The notes under the pieces are model-generated. The model searched no databases, was not told where the DNA came from, and saw only the letters and a program-made list of their open reading frames with translations. A DNA stretch of 64,000 bases, from the NCBI GenBank assembly GCA_028534125.1, contig CM052838.1, forward strand, positions 14,074,001-14,138,000. Reading direction: 5' to 3'. Numbering within the stretch: position 1 is the stretch's first letter; every line of letters starts with the position of its first letter. Positions 27,374-40,112 of this stretch are shown one piece after another. Both the position numbers and the translations under genes were made by a program. The stretch is from Lama glama. Its lineage: Eukaryota.

Positions 27374-27592
27374 ACCTGGTTCTCATCTCAGGAAGGCTCT
27401 TCCTCCTCATTAAATATCATCCCTGCCAAACACCAGATGACTTTGGCAAGAGATTTCGCCTCTCTGTATCTCTATCTCCTTCTCTATAAAAACAGGAACA
27501 TGGAAGTAGCCTTCTCAAAGAGTTGACGTGAGAATTAAACACTGCTGGTCGAGTAGTTAGGAGATCCCCCGGCACAGAGATGCACTGGACCC
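27374..27592 (+). repeat. Local direct duplication, copy 2 (contains MIR core)
   Basis: Same as copy 1, offset 1776 bp. Confidence 0.95.
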
Positions 27593-28122
27593 GTGTGAGC
27601 TATTTTGTGCTTTCCTGTCGCCTCCTTGATGAGGTCTACCCTCCCCCTCCAGTCCAGGCCACCCTCCCAATGCACCTTTCTTAGTACCTCTGCTTTCATT
27701 TCATTGTATTGATCACAGCCTCTTTCTCCACGTTGATCGCCCTAATTGTTTCAGTGTCCAGGTCTGTGTCTCTAGACCATATTCTCAGCCTCGTTGAACC
27801 TCGTACTTGGCACGACGCAGATGCTCCTCAGATCGAATGAATGAACTGTTTGGCGAATCCTAGTGAGAGACGCTTAGGATATAATTATTGACGTTTTTAA
27901 GAAACCATTTCCCCAGGTCCTCAGACTGTTTGCCTTGTCCGTTTCTAGATTTCCCGATTTTATCCTCGAAGCTTGTCCCAGGAGCCCATGTGAAGGGTCC
28001 TTGTGTGCTTTGCCACTGGACTTGGTCCGTGCACAGTGGGACAAGGTGGGAGAGGGCATGGAGGTTGGAGGAGGAAGATGACAAATCCGATGAGTGTTTG
28101 GAGAAGGGTGCTCTGCCCATAG

Positions 28123-28731
<609 letters not shown>

Positions 28732-29790
28732 TGAACAAAGTGCCAAGGCACCAGCCGTGGCCACTAAAGTCATGTATTTATCTGTAGAGCGGGTACCGCA
28801 TGAGCAGCGCCAGAGAGCCCTTCCCCACCCTGCCCCGCCCATGTGCCTCCACCCTGACCTGGAGAGACCAGCTGTAGGGTAAGAGAGGAAACGCCTTCCT
28901 GCCTGGTTCTCTTTGACTTCTCACCAGGGGCCGTGGGCCCTGCTCTCCCAGCATGTGAGGGGGACCGGCCCTGCCCCTCCCCACCCCTTCTCCTTCTCTT
29001 CCTCCTCCTTGAAGGGCCTGGCCCTGCCCACATGCCTCCGGGCACAGCGCGCACAGGGAAGACTGTGGCTCTGTTCTGACTCCGGGCTCTGAGCACACTT
29101 TCTTGCAAGCTGATTCCGCCCTCCACATTTCCTTCTCTTTGGGTTTGTGTTCTTCTTCAAGCTATTTCTCTTCCTTCCTTCCTTCTTCCTTCCTTTTTTT
29201 TTTCATATAAAGTCTTCGCCAAGTTCTCCTGGAGCCAGCGCCTCTAGGGGAGGGCGGCAACAGTCATCATTTGCTAAGGATGCTCTCCTGGCAAAAATCT
29301 ACACGCAGGCTTGGTAGCATAAGCCCAGCCACTCCACTGTGGGGCTGTCACCACGTGACACATACACCTCGGCAACTTCTTGAATCACAGCCCCACTTAT
29401 AGATTATGTTGATATCAATAGGATAACTTTCAAACAAAAAGCAGTAGAATAACCAGCACCCCATCACCACGGCCACCATCTCTGCTGCCTGGAAAGAGTG
29501 GGTGGCCACAGCCCCATGCCTCAGCCTGTATCGGAGCCCCTGGCATGGCTAGGAGTGAGGACAGACACTCCATTCATACCAGGCAGTGAGCTCCCTGTCA
29601 TCACACTTCGTTTTTGCTGGAAGGAACTTGTTTGACTCAGCATGTCTCAGGCCATCCGTCTTCCTCTCAGGCCATCTGTATACTTCCACGTAAGGAAGTG
29701 TAAGGTCTGAGTCTCCCACTGCCTTAGTGGCTCTCCTGTCACCCCTGGGCCACAGGAAAGAAGAAAGAAAGATTTGAGGAAAACTCCTTG

Positions 29791-30365
29791 TGTTGCAGAA
29801 AAATGTGTTACAGCTCGCTGTTACAGCTCAGTTGTGACAGCAACCTGGATCCCGGCGAGAGACCAAGCAGCACTCAGAGTTGGAGAACTCAGGTTTATTA
29901 TGCCAGTGGGCCCGGAGGAGTTAACCCTCCAAGTTCTGGACCCCGTCTGTAGGTTTACACAGGCCTTTATAGGCTGCCAGTTTTACACTTTGCAACATCA
30001 TATGCAAATTAAGTATAACAGAAGTTGATCAACCAGGAACAAGCTTTGTAGAAATAAACCAATCAGGAGTGAGAGAAATAACCAATCAGGATTGAGCTCC
30101 ATGCAAATGAAGTACTACAAGTGGACCAATCAGAAGTTAGGAAGGTGGACCAATCAGAAGTGAGAGTAATAACCAATCAAGAGTGGAGGAAATAACCAAT
30201 CAGAAGTGAGCTCAGGGAACCAATTGAATTTTAGGGGTAAGTAAGCTGTTTCAAAGGCAAAAGGTGAGATAGAGCTTCTGGGCCAGGGAACGGGTTGGTA
30301 CCGGCACAAGAGTAGTGGCCCTGCTTGGGGGTCCTGCTGGTCTTTTTATGGGGCTTCCTGCCTCA
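29791..30365 (-). mobile_element. Solo LTR, ERV1 (class I)-type, 575 bp
   Basis: TG...CA termini; exact 4-bp TSD CTTG (29787-29790 and 30366-30369); minus-strand TATAAA (29966-29971) followed by AATAAA (29894-29899) in U3-R-U5 order. Confidence 0.9.
30002..30224. promoter_or_regulatory. CCAAT-box array plus two octamer motifs in the LTR U3
   Basis: CCAAT at 30059, 30082, 30126, 30150, 30173, 30196, 30220; ATGCAAAT at 30002 and 30101. The motifs are seen directly; function is untested. Confidence 0.7.
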
Positions 30366-30740
30366 CTTGAAAAGAAGAGTTAATGGTCCCGAGCCAAGCT
30401 TATTTTGCTACTGGACAATTTTCTATGAAGTTTACAGCATCTTGATTTCCTCTGTGCATATGTCCCTTTGGTCAGGGGAGGAGGACTGGTTTTCCAGCTG
30501 GTCGAGCATTGCACTGTCATGGAGTCACCATTCTGGGACATTGTGGGCAGTGTGGTACCCAGGGGACACAGTCTCAAACCCAGCCCTCCACAATGTCACT
30601 TGTGAGCCAGGTACATCGAGAGGCCATCCTTCTTCAGGATTGGACATCCTTGTCTGCTTCCAGCCTTGTCTCGTCACATCTCCTGGTTCAGTATAGAGTG
30701 CCTGGTCCAGCCTGGACAGCCCAGAATGAATTGTCACAGG

Positions 30741-30766
<26 letters not shown>
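30741..30766. repeat. (GT)n microsatellite
   Basis: About 13 GT units. Confidence 0.95.
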
Positions 30767-30775
<9 letters not shown>

Positions 30776-33534
30776 CATTGGAGAGACATAGAAGGCAGAG
30801 GCAAAAAGAAAGAAAGACCAAGAGACCAAGGGGTGATCTAGCTGGGAGGAACAGCTCCCTTCTTGCCAGGAAAGCATCCTGTCTTCCTTTTTGGCTTCTG
30901 CATAAGCCCAGGATCTCCGGCACAAGAGGAGAGGGTGAAATACGTTGGTCCTGCTTAGAAAATGTGGTACTTTCTGCCCGAGGGTGTCAACCTGCTTCAG
31001 GATAGGAAAGAGAGTTGATGTAGAGGCAGGTTGGAGAAAGCATGGTAGCTGCCCTTCCTCCAGCCCCTCGGGCTGTTACACGGTAAAAGGAGGAGCTATT
31101 CCATCTTTTACGGGTTCTTCTGGGTTTCTGGTGTTCAAATGAAATTGCTCCCTTCCTCACCTTCTTCCTTTAATAAGTATGCCCTTAGGGACATAATCCG
31201 TGTCCTCAGGGGACTGACCGCTGCATGGGCAGACTTCGGGGAGAGGTCAGCCAAGCAGTCTCCGTCGTTCTGGTGATCAGGGCCGTCCTGAAGTGAGCGG
31301 CGGGTTCCATCAAACATTCAGGGCCACCCAACCCAGCCAGGGCGTCATGGAGTCACAGACGTAGGCTCCTGGGTAGTGAAGAGTTCCTGGGGCTTGGAGG
31401 TGCTAGAACTGAATGTTGAAGGGTTGCTACTAATCCTGGGGCTGGAGATGAGATTGGATGTTGCCTTTTGGGCAGGGTGATCAGCAGGGGTAAACAAAGT
31501 CATCCCACCTCTGGCAGCTCCGAGGGCTGGAATGTGGTCTCCAGCAAGGAGATGGGAGTACAGGAGGCCAGGGTATCATGCAGGAACTTGCTCTGAAGGA
31601 CTTAGATGCCAGACCAAGGGATTTCTGCCTCATCACATAGGGACTGGAAACCAGGAGAGGGTTGCAACAACAGGATTTTAGAAGCACCTGTTTTAAACTT
31701 TGATAACTAATAGTGGTATCCAATTCAGGACAACTTTGTGTTGCCGGTTGCCCGTGTTCTACGGACCAGCATTTGCAATTAGGGGGAAGTGTGGTTAATC
31801 TCAGAATGCTTCATTTCGGGGCATTGGTTATATTTCTTAAGAGCCAGAAACCTGTCTTTGGGTGGAGTCCTAGTCATATTTAACAGCTTGTGCTGCGATG
31901 TCTTCAGAGTTCAGACACCTACTTGGGGAAGAGTGGTAATGTGCACTCAGCTTCTTAATATTCATGTGGATATGAGCTCATATTTTTTTTCTAAGGAATC
32001 AGACGATTATGTAGTTACCCAATGCAGGTGAGTGCGCCCAGCTCCGCGGATGCAGTAAAGAGCCACCCTCTAGATTTATGAGGGGAAGTGGAGCCATTGC
32101 TCTGAGAATAAAATATTCATGAAATAAAGATGAGAACTGCACAAACGGGAGGTGACAAGAGAAGTGAGGGATGAGTCGCTTGTCACTGGGCTGGGAGCTT
32201 GGAATTCTTGTAGCTTCCTGCCTTGCCTGCCCCCTATCCTGACCCCGTCCCTGCTTCCACTGCAGACGGGGGCTGGCAGAGGCCAGGGTGGCCAGGCAGC
32301 TGGGGCAGAGTTGCAGCCAGGCCCCTCCGTTCTGGCCAGTGGGCCAAATTCCATCTGCAAACCCCTGCAGTGCATTCTGCTCTCTGTGGAAGATTTGCTG
32401 CTAGGAGCACTCTCCTCGGAGATACGCCTTTCTCTGCCACCACACCTGCGATGCTTCTTAACCCCACATAGAGACATCCTTTCCTGCACCTTTTCCTTCT
32501 TCTTTTATGCCAACCTCCCAGTGTGGCCCTGAGGTTCAATGAGGGACAGCGTGGCAGGGGCCTTATGCAGCCCCTGAGCCATGGGAACGTGCTTGGTGAA
32601 TGGTGGCCAAGGGGCTTCTCCCTCCCAGGGACCTTGTGATGGGCAGTAGGGGATGTGAGGAAGATGAGTCACATCTTAGGGCACCTTCTCTGTGCCAGGA
32701 AAAGTGCATGTTACCTTCTTAACTCTCCTGATCGTCTTCAGCAGCACTTGAGGAAGGCATCCTTATCCCTGGAGAAATGGGACTCAGAAGTGGCAGGGGC
32801 GGAACTGGGATATGAACGATTTGTCTGCCACTGGCCCTTCCATCAGGTGTGTGCAGGAGCAGGGGTTCCTACCGAGCATTTCCAGATGGTTTGAGGATGG
32901 GGGTGTAACTGAGAGTCTTCTCTGAGCCAGATCCTGGCTCCTAGCTAGGCGCTTACATCCTCTGAACCCCAAAGGGGCTCACATCTTTGGCTGAAAACTG
33001 AGCCTGGCCCACTGGCTACACTGCTGTTACCAGATCTCTTAGCAGGAGAGTAAGGGCAGTGTGTTTTTCAGCCCTGAGCCCAGAGCCTTCCAGGTCCAGG
33101 CACTGAACACTCACCACACACCAGCGTGCATCTCAAAACCAGGTTAGACCTTCCTCCTTTCTGTAAAACCTCTCCTGCTCATCTCCACCAGCTGCCTCGC
33201 CTGCCCGCATATGCACTCACATTGGCTGTAATTCCAAGTTGCCGCTAATGGTTTACCGGGCCGTCTCTGCCTTGAGTCTGCTGGTGCTCTTCCCGCTCTG
33301 CATTCCCATCACTTTGCCCAGTCTCTGGAGCAGTGAAACCTCTCATTAAGGGATGATGAATATAAAGTATGGAGCATCTTCTATGTGCCAGGGACCAAGA
33401 TGGATGCTTCATGAAGAACATTCGCTCATCTGGTAGTAGGAGCCCAAGTGTTTATCAAATGAATGAACCAGTCTAGGATCCTGTAAGGAAAGCGTTGTTA
33501 ATGTTAAACTGCTGTGTAATCATTGCAGCTGGAT

Positions 33535-33706
33535 CAATGGCGCTCAATTCTGGCTACACGTCAGAGGCAATTAATCCTGGAGCCTCTTAGAAATACAGAT
33601 GCCTGGGCTCCATTCCCCAAAGGCTCATATTAAGCAGATCTGAACAACTGGAATTTCTAGAGGCTCCACATGTGTTTCTCGGATCCTGCCAAGAGGAAAC
33701 CACTGG
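33535..33706. mobile_element. MER5B-like hAT-Charlie element
   Basis: ctcaattctggctacac..cctggagc...aaatacagatgcctgggctcca...gaaaccactg. Confidence 0.65.
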
Positions 33707-35686
33707 TCTACACTATCATGCTAAGGGGAATTGGGTAGAAAGGAGCTCAGATTTTTGGAACCAGGTAGATATTGTCTCTCATCCTGATGATCCACTACCA
33801 TAGACTTGCGTAACCTTCAGCAGGGCTCTTCACCCGGTGTGTACCTGCCTCTACCATACATGATAGGAGGTCTCTGTGCCCCCTTCTCTCATTGCCCTCC
33901 CCCACAAAATCTGCAGTTAAGCTCATCAAAACCCTTTCCCATAATGCTCTGCAAAAAATTCCCATCATCTCCCGAGACCATTTCATTGATTAAAAGTTTA
34001 GCTTCTTTGCTCTTACTCAACCACTACTCTTAGACCCCTCAGAGCCCAGCCCCTTGGGTTCAGGCAAGTCTTTGGATGAACACTTAGGAAGATCGCATTG
34101 ATAGCGTTTCTTCCAGCCAGTTGGGTCTTATTTAGCATCTGGCTGGTTGGTCTGCGGTAACAGAACATCGCCTCCTACAACCATCCTAGCCAGGTGAGAA
34201 GTCTCGTCTTATTTTGTTCCTGCCCAACTTAAAATAGGAGCCGTTGGACTCCAAACAAAGTCAGTTCTAATGAGTCCCACGGGTAACCTGCTGTTACATA
34301 GACGACAGTTTAGTTAATTACCGTTTTCCAGTACACTGTACTATTTCCACGTTGGTGAACAGCAGCTTAATTACAGAACTTTACTTCTCTGCAAGACAAT
34401 GCCTGGGAGAGGGTCCCCAGTAACCTCTGTTGGTGCATATGTTGTCATATTTAATAAGAGGTGAGAAACACAGAGCTGGAATTCAGCTGGATTCATGGAT
34501 AAATGCAGTCAGTGAATTTTATGTCGTATTCAGGGATGTTTGACTAGGTCAGTTACCTACAGTAAATTAATGAATGCAGCCCAGCAAGCTTCCAAGTCTC
34601 TTTCCACAGCTGTCATTACCTGGTTGAACACCGAAACCTTGAGATAATGAGGATGTAAGCTGATGTAGTGCACATAAAAAAGTCCATTATTTGAATTTGC
34701 ATAACGTAATAGAATGCCCCATTTTGTCTAAAATATAGATAATTATTCAAATCACTCCTGCTTCTTTCCTTGAGCAGGCAGATTATTTCTGCCTCCTATT
34801 TCCTTGGCCAGGGGGCCACCAAAAATGACTTAGTGTGTGCTAAATCTGATCCAAGAAGACAGTGCTTCCATTATTTCCAAATCAGCTGGTTTCTCCCAGC
34901 TGTCTGCACTGCAGCTCTGCCCCCTTAAACAGGCACCTTAGAGGACAAGTTGGGAGACTCAGAAATGGGCTGCATGTGTTTTCCAGAGAGGAGAGGGAGG
35001 TATTTGCTTTAGCTCTGCTCATTCTTTTCTGTCCAGTTAGACAATCAATGTAGGAAGCTTTTGAATGCATCCTCCTCTTTCAAGGTGTGATTTTTGTGTT
35101 GGCTCTACTAGCAGTAATAGAATTTGAATAGAATGAGGTCTCATTGGTGTGGATAGGATGAATTTCTTGACCACCATTTGGTGTGGAAAGGTCTCCTTGG
35201 AAAGTTTGTTCCATTGGTGTGGACATTTTGTCTTGTGTCCTGACGTGGAGAGGTTATAGGCTAATGAAAACCTCAAATGGAAGTTGAGACCCACTGCAGA
35301 GCTCTTCAGTCCTTGGAATTCCTTCCTTTGTCCTTAATTGGAGGCAAGGAAAAAATATGGATTTAAAAAACTATTTATTCTGGCTCTTTCCTCCAAAAAT
35401 ACTGACCCTAAGGTAACGGGCTTATCTCCACACTCTCTTCACTCTGGATGCTTTGTGACTACCTGGTCCACTCCTTGGAGCTGTGATTATTATGAGAGAT
35501 TCGTGCCTGTCTCCTACCACTTTAATGATACTACCCCCTCAAGCCTCCTCTCCCTTATACTTCACTGGTGAAGGATTTCATCTCAGCGACCTCTTTAGCT
35601 CACATGTTTCTCCAGAAGATTTGAGTTGGTTGATCTTCCCCCAAAGCCCTCCTTATTTTTGGGTCCCTGGCATTAGGTAAGAGGAC

Positions 35687-36328
35687 TGTCACTGAACCAA
35701 ACTTGGGTTCACTCACCTGCCACAAAGCTAATCTATTGACACCCGACACCGGGTTGTGGTGAAGGAAAGCACAGTGTTTATTGCAGGGTGCCAAGCAAAG
35801 AGAAAGGGTGCTTAATGCTCAAAAGACCCAAACTCCCCAGTGACTTCCAAGGAAAAGTTTTTAAAAATAGCGGGAGGGAGAGGGTTGTGGGGTACGTGAT
35901 CAGCCTGTGGACATTCTTCTGATTGGTTGGTGGTGAGGTACTCAAGAATCAACATCATCAGGATTCTGATTCCAACTGGTCTGAGGTCTATGTGCTTGTG
36001 GGCAGCAAACAGTTAACTTCTTCCACCTGGTAAGGGTTTTGGTTATCCGCAAACCAGCTCAAAGAGATGGCTCAGAATATTATCTCTATCCCTTGAGGAG
36101 GAATTAAAGGTCTGTGACTTTGTTTAATGGCTAAGCTGTTATTATTTTGTCCTGCTTGACTGTTTTCCTTTGTTTCTGCATTTTCTCACGTCTTGGATTA
36201 AATTTGCTCCCTGGAATTTGGGTAACATTTTTCTACCACAAGAGAAGAGGCAGGTGGAAGAGACAGGGGTGTCGGGGGCAGGGGGGAGTCTGTCCCAGGG
36301 AAGTCCCATAGGCTTCTGCTGGGTTGCA
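35687..36328 (-). mobile_element. Solo LTR, MER41-like ERV1 of artiodactyls
   Basis: TG...CA termini; near-TSD GGAC/GGGC; tttatt (minus-strand AATAAA) near 35776; ttctgattggttggtggtgaggta and cccttgaggaggaa.taaaggtc recall artiodactyl MER41-like LTRs. Confidence 0.75.
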
Positions 36329-36739
36329 GGGCTCCTTTTATTTTGCCCCCACTTTTGATTCTCTGTCTCCTTATGGCCTTCTTTGGTAGGAATTTTTCCT
36401 TCCTCTGTCTATAGACCCTAACAAAATGAGAGCATCTCCTGAACACTGTCCTGGTCAAGTTTTCCACTAACTATGAGAAAAAGGTCCAAGCTCTCTCATC
36501 TAACTGCCAGAATCCAGAGTGAACACAGCTGGGACCAAGATACTCACCTCCCACTCCAAATCAGTCTACTCTTAAACTACTTATTTCCAAACTCAAAAAG
36601 AATGCTTAAAGCCCTGGAAATAAAATAGAAAGCAGGAAAAGGCAAGATCATGCAACTAATTAGTTCTTCCAATGATTCCAGGACCACTTGGTTATCAGTT
36701 TTCCCTCGCTGGCTCTGCCGTTGTGGGCACTCGGCTTAT

Positions 36740-37335
36740 CCATCCTAATCAAAGCTTTGCTAGCTGCAAAGAGAAGGAACATTCATATTATTAAACTCCA
36801 TAAAGTGTCTGAAATTCTCCTTCAATTTCTCCAGCTTCTAGGCTTTCTGGTACCTGTCTTGTGCCCTACATATATTTTGACATGAAAATAGCCTGTAGCT
36901 ATAAATATTTACCAACACAGCTGTGGTGCTGACTTTGGCTAACCCACATGAACACGCTGCATCAGAAGCTTATCGGGAGCTCACAGCAGCCATGAGAAGG
37001 CTGGAGAGGCATGCTGGGTGATGGGCAGAAGTCAAGGCTGGTCCAAAGCTGGGAGATAAGATCCAGGAGGATGGCCACAGAGTAGAAAGTTTGTTGAAGC
37101 TCTACCACTGTAATGGATGGAGCGTCCACCATTTCCTGTCTCTATATCTCTTTGTTCAAGATTCAGGTTCAGTTCTATTGTCCTCACTTGGGTCATGGGC
37201 CTGTCTTTTGGCTACAGGTAGGCGGGGCACTGCCAGACTGTTACCCGGTAGGGAAAAAGTGGTTCCCCAAAAGCAAATAAACCATGGTCTTCTTAGGAAG
37301 GGGAACTTGGTGCTTGATGGCACTAAAACAGCCAA
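36740..37335 (-). mobile_element. Degenerate MLT1 (MaLR) LTR
   Basis: gctgcaaa...cttgggtcatgggcc...tggttccccaaa..aaat...aaggggaa..ggtgct resembles old MLT1 subfamilies. Confidence 0.5.
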
Positions 37336-38834
37336 GGCCTAATATAGTGGTTTAAACACTATTAAAAATAGTTTAATATGCAAGAATAGAAACAAAGCAT
37401 ATAAATGAAACACAGGGAAAGGGCAAAATTGCTTAGAGCTGGATCAACTAAGATGAGAACTTGGATTTGGTTTGTTGCATATTTTGCAAAGTGTTGAAGG
37501 AGTCAGTAAGAGACACTGCATGCTCCATATTGTCTGTGACTGAGTAAAGCCCTGGTACTTTCTAGTCACTTCTCCCAGTTTCACCCACCACACTTGCCAC
37601 CCTGAGGTGTCCCCCAGCTGAGAGCTGGTCTCCAGCATGAATGAGCTGAGCTCTGCTGTGTGGGGCTTCGGATCACTGGAATGTTGGCTCTGCCCATGGG
37701 GCTTTGTCAACGATTTCTGATGTGGTTTCCATCTCTGACACCAAACCACTCCCCGCAGGGTCTTCCACCCTCAAGCCTGTTGGCTTCCTTATCTTCAGAT
37801 TTATTCTTGACTTAGACTGAGTTCTTCATTGTTGTATGGGTGTCGTCAGCTTTCTTGTTCTGGGAAAGACAGCCCTGTGTGCCAGGCATGAACTCAGCAG
37901 TTGTGGAAAGAGCAGTGGCCCTGCGTTTGACATGCCAGGGGGCGTTGGGACCCCGGGGTAGACTGCGGAGACAGCACCCTCGACTGGGAAAGGCTGGGAT
38001 GAGGCTTCGTCCCGTGTGCTCCCTCCAGTATGAGAGGGGAGCTCACACCAGTTTTTCAGGTTTGCCTCTTCCAGAAGAATATTCTCTCCCGCCAGCCTCA
38101 GAGGAGCTCAAAGCAGCCGCTGGAATGGCCCTTGGATTTGTGTGGCTCCTTCTTTTTTCTTTTGAAAGCACATTCAAGACTTTCACGTTTGTGGTATTTC
38201 TAACAACCCTACGAGGTGGGCAGGGGACAGATTCCACTCTCTGCTGTATGGGTGTCAGCATTAGACAGCTGTGATGTTCTGTCTCAGAGCAGAGCTGTGA
38301 CATGGTATTTCTCTGGGAGTTTGACACCAGGGAAGCATAGGCAGTGGAAACAAACTTGCCTGGCACATTGGTACTAACTCCTAGCGCCTCATTGAGGGGC
38401 TGGTATGGCTTTTCCATGGACCCTGTGGGTCTTCGTACCCCACCTCACCGGGGAGAAACTGAGGAAGCAGATCACATAGTCTTTGTCAAAGCAGCTTTCA
38501 AGCAGTTTGGTCTCTTTGATTTATTCTGACACTTCAGACAAAAATATCAAAGAACGATATCTGTTCTTTTTTCTTTCTTATGCAAATATGTAAGTGAACG
38601 ACTTCCTTGATGCCATTCACCATATGGAAAAAGAGTGAGGTGTGAGGGTAACTTATCTCAGCAACCTCAACACGCCTGATACCAGGAAGGTCAGCTGACT
38701 CCTGGGAAGTCCCTTCACTCACCATCCCATCCCTCATCCTCATCCAGGACCCCATGCGCCTTCCAGACAGGGACCTGTCCCCTCCCCGGCATCTCTGGAG
38801 ATCTTGCGTACCCGAGGCTTCTGGAGCTGCCTCT

Positions 38835-39000
38835 TCCACTCACTGGGGATATGACTCTGGGGAGGTCACTGACCTTCCTGAACCCAAGCCTCTTTCTGTG
38901 TAAAGTGGGGATGATCACGTGGAGTCTTTTGAGCGTTGTGAACGCTAAATGGCAAATGCGTGGGGCACGTTAGGGGCTCAAGGACCATTTCCTATTATTA
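38835..39000 (+). mobile_element. MIR SINE
   Basis: tgactctggggaggtcactgacct...ctgtgtaaagtggggatgat core. Confidence 0.6.
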
Positions 39001-39202
39001 ATCTCATGGGACTCCTGTCTTCTGCTATTTCTGCCAGTTGTTCAAAGCATCTTCTCCCAAGGGTTGCCTCTGGGTGTGACAGTGATTCTAAGCAGAGTGC
39101 AGAAGGGAGCTGCCAAGTCCTGCTTGAAGGGTTTTTGCTACCCGGGGGCAGTGTCTTAAGCTCCTGGTACCCCAGGTCACTGAGGGCTGGCCATATGGTT
39201 GA

Positions 39203-39775
<573 letters not shown>

Positions 39776-39887
39776 CCGCGCCGCCTGCCCTCCCACCCGC
39801 CCGCCCGCCCGTCCACCCACCCGACCAGCAGAGCTTTTTAATACCAGAAAATGACGACACAGACCACACACACACCGACACACGCAC

Positions 39888-40112
39888 NNNNNNNNNNNNN
39901 NNNNNNNNNNNNNNNNNNNNNNNNNNNNNNNNNNNNNNNNNNNNNNNNNNNNNNNNNNNNNNNNNNNNNNNNNNNNNNNNNNNNNNNNNNNNNNNNNNNN
40001 NNNNNNNNNNNNNNNNNNNNNNNNNNNNNNNNNNNNNNNNNNNNNNNNNNNNNNNNNNNNNNNNNNNNNNNNNNNNNNNNNNNNNNNNNNNNNNNNNNNN
40101 NNNNNNNNNNNN
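39888..40112. other. Assembly gap (225 N)
   Basis: Run of N directly after a CA-rich low-complexity tract. Confidence 1.

Noticed and set aside
30050-30225. Regularly spaced short repeats resembling a CRISPR array
   Set aside because: Eukaryotic LTR U3 tandem units; the inter-repeat sequences are related to each other and no cas genes are present.
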